From assembly GCA_977016875.1 (NCBI GenBank), contig CDRNST010000222.1, forward strand, positions 124,001 to 188,000: DNA of 64,000 bases. Reading direction: 5' to 3'. A program made the translations under genes and the position numbers. This DNA is from Pavona decussata. Its lineage: Eukaryota. The notes below the pieces were generated by a model. The model was given only the letters and a program-made list of their open reading frames with translations. It was not told the DNA's origin and did no database searches. This document shows, piece after piece, positions 56,997 to 64,000 of the stretch (position 1 is its first letter; the number at the start of each line of letters is the position of its first letter).

Positions 56997-59900
56997 CATA
57001 TACCGCGGACCAAAGTACTGTGAGCTCGCAAAGTTATAAAGAAAGGTTGGCTTGTAGCGAATTTTACTCGGCATTTTCGTTACCCTCTGAGCAACGAGTG
57101 TTAAATCCGCGGTCAGCGATTTGTTAACATGCTGTGCAATTCAAATGTAGCGGAGACTGTACCAAGTCAAGATCGAAAGCAGAAAAGAAGAACACGGTTA
57201 CAATTCAGAAGAGTTTCAACCTTTGTACATGTTTAAACATGATCAGAAACATGTTTTAGAATTAGAAAGGTGTGATTTGTCTTGTAAGATCGAACAGAAT
57301 TCCTCTAACCCCTGTGGAAAAACCGATTTTTCCAAACGAACGGTATAGTGCCCCTCTATTGAGATTCATTCAATTATCCAAAACAGGTGTTTCAAGGAAC
57401 CCCATGACTGTTTAAATTGGTTTTCTGTGTCTTTTCTACCAATGTTTTTCTCATCTGTAAAATCCTTTCAAAATAGAAACCGTCGTCTTCCAAGGGTCAT
57501 GAACCGTCTGAAGCATGATCTGGAGCGAAAATTAGAATTTTGGAGGAAGAGCCCAGAGGTAATAAATTCATATCTCAATTTATATTCTTCTAGTATTATT
57601 GTCTAGTTCAAAACTAGACAGATGATAACGACAAAGAACGCCATCTTGCCAGCATGGAATCAAACTTCTTTTATCAATTCCTGTTAGCATAAAGGGAAGT
57701 TTATGATGAGTAAGAGCGGAAACTGAATGAGTTGACATGAGTACGTAGTTCGTTTATGTAATTAAGCAGATTAAGGTCAATTTCTCTTCATGCCCTGTCA
57801 AAATAAAATGTAGTAAAAAGGACAAGTCTGAGAGTTTTGTCGCTTGAAATAACGAAGATGTAGTTTTGTTAAGACTGAAATTTTATATTCGTTTGGAAGT
57901 CCTGCCCGTCTTCGTGCAAACATCTGCCAACATTCCAAATTTTACGGAATTATATCTTCGCTATTTAAGTAGAGAAGACTCCCAAGCTTTGCCTTTTTCA
58001 GCACTAATTTTATGAGGTGCTCTTCAAGCGGTGTCCATAGTTTTTGATCACCTGACCTACATCAAAAACTTATTTGAGTCAGGCTCATGTTCTAGTGTGA
58101 TTTTGTCGGCATATTTTTTTTTAGCCGAATACATACATGCTTTATTTTTATGTGGGATTTGTAATGATTCAGTTAATGATGTTACATTAGGTTACGTTCT
58201 TCAGATGGCTGTCTGCTTCATCCTAAATAAACTATTCACATTTATTGTCTCATGTTAGTGAGGTCAGAACGAAGTGATTACGTACACGATTACAAAGCAG
58301 TACAAAGGAAACCAGTTCTGCTTCAATGCAGTGATAAGTTCAAGCTATTAACTCAGATGTATCACAGTTATCCATATAACTGGTTATAATCACCGATTTT
58401 TGGCCGGCTCCCTGACAGCTGAGAACCGTCCGCGACATAACGTGGAGTCCACAAAAACTGAAAGAAAGAAAGGTTTGACAAACAACCCTGTGATGATCCC
58501 ATCCAGTCAAAGGCAATTACCTCTATCAACAACTGTTACGTATACCCTCCTCTAAATGATACTGAGAACTTCCTGTCTATCAAAGATAGGCTACTATGGA
58601 ATAAGATAACTGCTGGAAAAGGGGACACCCTTACATCCTGCCACGTGTCAGAACTGAACGTCATCAACGCTGTTTTGTGAATAGATGCCTTTTCAATTTT
58701 ATCTAACTGTCTTTGCACATTTGTCAATAGTTCGTGATTAGTTCTTTTTTACAGTAGTTAGTTATATGAAATCCTTCTTGATAATGATACATTTTCGTCT
58801 AACTACGCCAATGAGTCTGTCCGTACCAGTGAGGTCCTTTCGTCGTGAAATTTAATACACTGAATACATCACGCCATGGAGATAAAGGAAGCAGTTCATA
58901 CGCTCCCGGTTAATGACGTTTTTTTCTGGGTGAGATTACAATATAGCTATATAGAGAGTAGATCACTGGCGTTTCACTAGGCAAGGTGATGATACAGAAT
59001 TTATCACACAGTGATTTATATATATTTAGGTTGCGTTCGATTTACAGCATTCCAGTTTTTCATTTTATAGATTTTATTTTCTACAGTCAAACTACAGAAT
59101 GTGGTTGTAATGGATTTCACCCAAGTTTACGGAAATGGATACGACATAACGTCCATTTCCTATGTCACGATCAGATGTCAGTATCATAAGTATTGATAAT
59201 TCTGCAGTTCCCACTGACAACTATAGTATGTCTTTCAAGTTGGGATACTTGAAGAAAAATTGAATTAGTTTAAGTATTATAAGAAACTAACTGTTGTACA
59301 AAAAATTGCTGAAGTGCGCCGGGACAAAGTACACGAGCGAAAACGAACTCAACGCAGATTAATTATTAAACCCTGTTTCTAACGAATTTATGTCTGAGTG
59401 CTTACCTCTTTCTGACACTTTCCGGATTATTTCAATTTTATTTCAAATCCGTTTTCCTAAAAGTTTCAACATTTTAAGATTTGAATTAGAAAGTTTAGAT
59501 TACACTGTAAATTGTAAACTTTATATTGAGCAAAGGTTTATTGGGGGGAATTTCTGTCCTTCTTCCAAAGGTACAATCATTTTGTTCCCGACATTTTAGA
59601 TCAAATAGTAAGCTTTGAATTTTGGGCAAAAAAATACTTCGGGAATTTCTGTCCCTTCAATAACCGTTGACGCCACATGTTGTAATCCTATCCAGGAATT
59701 ACGAACTGGAAACTGTTTAAACTCCGTCATTAATGAAGAGGAACACGCCTTCCTCTTCCTATGATTTTAACACTGATAAAACCGGCTGTATGAAAGACGA
59801 AACAGACGCTCATAACATTCTTTGGTCGCAAATTTCAGTAAAACCCCTATGATTAACTATGAACTTGTGTTCGGGTTGCAGGGGAGAATCAATAGTTATT

Positions 59901-61507
59901 TCCTTCTGGACATCTGTTGGCCTTGGCCGGCCGCATTTTTAAAGTCTTCACAAAGCTTTTTCATGTTCTTTGTTTCATTTACCAAGACTGTTTATCATAA
60001 ACGTGAATTATGAATGTTAAGAGCTTAAGACAGATTACTACTAATTGAATATGTCTAGCCGAGATCGTTTTCAGTAGGATAGACTTTCTCAAAGTCGCTC
60101 GTTCACTTCTCATTGAATGGACCTGTAAGCAAGTCTAGGACTCAGGATAGTTTCTTTCCAAGCTCACTTTTATGAATTTATCCCATGTATGCATGATCGA
60201 TTCCCTAGAAAGTAAACCTCGTGCACTGAGTTACTATCCAATGAGCGGAAACTTTTGGCTCATGCTTCACAACTGAGCACTGTCTAGACGGAGGGAAGAA
60301 ATGAAGATTTATTAAGTAAACTGGAGTTAATGTAATCGGGAAGTGAACTGGTGGCGATCTATCCATCTATCCTGTTGCCTTAAACTTCATGAAGGACAGC
60401 CAAGGTCGCGAAAAATTAAGATACAGTACACTGCTGATGAACTCACCCTTATAGGTCTTACATGACGGCAGTTTTCATGTAATGTGCCTAGCGAACCTAA
60501 ATGCTGTCAAGTAGTTTGTAAACATCATCGGCGATGACGTCATAGCGTGCTGATAAGAGAATTATCTGATGGAAAGGATTATATCAAGTTACTGGCTGAC
60601 TTAGGATGTGCGTTTGGTGCAGGAAACAACAAAAATCTTATCCTCAAAAAATTTGTGTGTCGTAAAGTTGACATAAAAGCGTAAAATTGTGCATATATTT
60701 TTTCCCTTCACCTGTATAAGAGAGAAAACGCGATCAAATTGATTTCCTTTGCTTGAAATGTGGCTGACAAATTAAATTCCTAGTCAACTGTAACGTGCAC
60801 GCGATCAAATTAATATCTAATGGTTAAACGGGAGTCGCTGTTTGCAAATTGGCACAAGTCGAGACAAATTAACCAGAACGAAATTTCTTTGGAGTGAATC
60901 GTCGGCTGAAAAATTAAATCAGTACAGTGATAAATTATTATTGGGTAACCCGGCACAAATAAATGATTCTCGCCTGATGTTAAACATCTTTATATTTTAG
61001 CTTTCCATTTAATCATTTCTTTTGCCCACAAATTTTTGTCAGCAGCCCAAAACCCTGGTCTAGAATCGCAAAAGATCCCGAGCTTGTAACCTGCGATAAG
61101 AGAGAGAGAGAGGGAGAAGGATGAGATGTAGGGCAGGAGGGTATGATAGCAGGTTACCGAGCCTTGGAGCGCTTGAAACAAAGTCTAGGATGTCTAGATT
61201 TTTCTGTCAATTTTTAAAGAACTAAAACGGTCAGTGCATAACCGAGGAATAGCCATGCAAAATTAAATCAAAGTTCTTTTGGTTGGGAGCCAATTTTAAG
61301 TTGTCGCAGGAAAAAAAGTTCTCGGCCGGCTTTGTTCTTCATCAATACGTGTTGTTTATTTTTCATTATTAGTTGTTTTTCGTTCATCTGTCTTTCAGTT
61401 TGATTAAGTTATAGTCAGAGTAAGCCCTTCCTGTCAATTTTACGTGATCTCGCCCTCACGTTCTCGACGTTCTCGGTGACCTCGGACATCACCCGGCGTG
61501 TCCAACA

Positions 61508-61637
61508 GCCAATCAAAATTCGTGACGATAGAGACGGATTTAGCACTTATTGTACGTAGGTGGAATAAAACAATATAAACAAAGGCGAGGTTGTCGGAGT
61601 GTATAAATTGTTGAACCCGCCGCGAAATTACTCATTC
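61508..61637 (+). promoter_or_regulatory. Pol II core promoter: CCAAT box, TATA box and initiator
   Basis: AGCCAATCA at 61508-61516, TATAAA at 61602-61607, TCATTC (Inr-like) at 61632-61637 about 30 nt after TATA, and ATG at 61676. Confidence 0.65.
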
Positions 61638-61675
61638 ACAGTTATTCGCAAGAAGTGCATGTTCTTATTGACACA

Positions 61676-61926
61676 ATGGGAAATTTCTTGGACTCGATCG
61701 ACGCTCAACCTGCCGAAGAACCTAGCACCGATTCATACTCATCCAACGAGTCTCTGGAATTCAGCACAGACGAAATAATCATCGATTTGGACGCGCCTGA
61801 ATACATGGAGTACCTCAAACACAAACGAAGGTTGAGTAGGAGCGAAGGAAACCTCAACGACATCTCTTATCTTCGATGGATGAAAGAAAACAATATAAGA
61901 GGCTCGCAGATCAATCTCAGCCAAAG
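61676..61926 (+). CDS. First coding exon of an unidentified gene (likely continues beyond the window)
   Basis: ACAATGG start context; 83 codons + 2 nt (MGNFLDSIDAQPAEEPSTDSYSS...RRLSRSEGNLNDISYLRWMKENNIRGSQINLSQ) ending at an AG|GTGAGA donor; core promoter directly upstream. Confidence 0.7.
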
Positions 61927-64000
61927 GTGAGAGCGAGTGTGTCGAGTTTATCTCGAGATAATCTCGGTTTTATAAGCATTTGTCAAATAGTTTTTAAACG
62001 ATTAAGATTAAAAGCTAGTAGATCACTTCATCGATAAACATCACAGTGGGATCAGAGCCAAAAGTACAAAGAAAAGTACAGATGCATGTCGTCGCATGAC
62101 TTCGACTCGTACATTTAATTCACGGAGTTGTTAATTAACTGAATATCGTGCGGAGCGAGTGTTTGTTACGGATTTGTTGACTTTGCTCAGTCAACGTCTG
62201 CAGCTCGATTCATTAATCGGCATAACTAAGTTTGCAAGATGAGTGCTGGTTCCGAAGAAAACGTTTTAACAGTGTCGCCAGACTGATAGTAAACTACACA
62301 AGTGTATGAAAGAATTTAGCACCAAGCGTTCAATGGAACTTGAGAACGAACTCGCTAATGAGTCAAAACGTTCATTTCGTCTTAACACTGGACGTGTCTG
62401 AACATTTTAATAATCTGACAAATCTGAGTGATTCACTAGTATTTGAATTATAAGAAATTTAACTACACCCCGAAGTAGTTTTCGAACATTGTGGAAAAAG
62501 GCATCACATCCAAAATGTTACATCATGCCAACATTTTATCATCGTCTAGATATTGGTTTATCATCAAGGTTTGTTTTTACAGTTACCAAATTAGTTCTTG
62601 TTGACTAACAAAACTGCCCGATGGCCCAGTCAATACTTTAAGTGCACAATAAATTAAACCAGTCAAGTGGAAAGGAAACCAGCTATTTGTGGTGTAAGAA
62701 AACAAAACCGATTTTCCTCTCGCGTGCCATCTTACACGTACAGTTTGGTGCAGAGAGGCGTGAATCCTGGTTCGCGGGTTTGTTAATTTAAGGTTTTGAC
62801 CCGATTGTTAAAAAACTTGTCAAAGCACAATATATTATTTGTTGCTTAATATAGCCTCTATTTTGGTCACGTCTAAGATGTTCGTGTCGAACGTGGAGCA
62901 TGATTTTAATGACTTTGCGCAGCTTTGCGACAATGGTTTTTCAATAAACTTAGTTCTCAATTGCCGGTGAGAAATTTTTCAACAGAATGTTCCAAAGGAA
63001 GAGGTTGGAACTGCTAAAGGAACTCAAATGAAAGCAGGAATATCTTCAGTTAGGCTTGGATAAATTATGTCGACATTATTTACTGCCTGAGGCAGGAGGC
63101 TCTGCCTGCATATTAAATACAACAGTTTTTAGCGAAATCGAGCAAAGTAAAGGAACAAAATCAGTGAAAGAAAAAGATACACAAAACAGATAAAAAAAAT
63201 GACAATAAATTCTAAACAATCCAAATAATATTGAATGACTTTAGCCTATTGGGGGCTCGCCTACTTCAGTGACAAAAAAAGGCACACACCATTCCCCCAC
63301 ATTATCACCCAAAAACCAGTGGAATTACAAAAAGATGAATTCCGATATGGCTAACTCACATTGTACTCATCATAATTCGGCGAGCATGATTCCGTTGTCC
63401 GGAGCAGGGTTTTGATCATAATACTCCATTTGTACAAGCAATTCCGGCGGGAATAGAACGCCAATTTACGAGCACAATATATGTGATTTGTCCAAGCCTA
63501 ATATCTGTCAACTCAAGCTTCTTGGGTTTCATTTGGTTTTTTTTGAAGGGCTTCCAATTTTCAGTTTTCGAAGCATCCAGATTTTACTAACATGGTTTGT
63601 TGATTACGCTCAATTACACTACACCCATCCAAGTGTAAAGGTTTATTGTGTTTTTGTAAGGAAGCGCTTAATTAAAACCCCTGCTGAAAGAACCACAATT
63701 AAAAAGTAAATGATTTTCAGATTGCGTTGCCCTTGTGTTCGCAAATCAACATTCTTGCTTGAGAAAACTACTCTGTTTTTTTCAGCAATTTCGTCAGCAA
63801 ACGGAACATAACTGAGTGACTAACTATCACCTAATCGTAAAAAAAGCAACCATTAATTTTCTGATGGTTATGTTAATAAAACCCTCTGACTGCTTTGAAA
63901 GGAACTGAGTTCATGCGTACAATTAAAATCTTTGACACTGGCCTTGTACTCAAATGTAAGTTGTGGCGAATGGAAAATTCGAGAATTTGCAAGATCGCGG

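Noticed and set aside
54700-61400. Additional gene in the CCDC174 downstream interval
   Set aside because: Only short ORFs and isolated splice-like sites; no coherent model. A non-coding transcript cannot be excluded.

Overview
Eukaryotic, AT-rich, intron-containing genomic DNA densely filled with short palindromic non-autonomous transposons. The repeat types suggest an anthozoan or stony coral; this is an inference and cannot be confirmed here. Two conserved genes can be rebuilt exon by exon on the + strand: a 15-coding-exon DPY19L3-like C-mannosyltransferase (31511-43561, about 710 aa) and an 11-exon CCDC174 (46194-54152, about 611 aa, with a long Pro/Gln-rich tail). The first coding exon of an unidentified gene, with a CCAAT/TATA/Inr promoter, starts at 61676. 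On the - strand, head-to-head with DPY19L3, is an unrecognised signal-peptide plus membrane-segment gene ('gene A', 28202-19978). The first ~21 kb is a tandem array of ~10-kb units (two full units plus part of a third). The repeat includes gene A's terminal exon (a second copy lies at 10935-10782), and each full unit carries a candidate micro-exon gene ('gene B') that could splice in frame onto that duplicated exon. This possible young chimeric gene family is the most interesting item, but it is a hand-built model that needs RNA-seq. Also present: a pogo/Tigger transposase fossil, an RTE-type LINE fragment, tRNA-derived SINE-like repeats, a solo-LTR-like insertion and many MITEs. No CRISPR array, rRNA or intact tRNA gene was seen.
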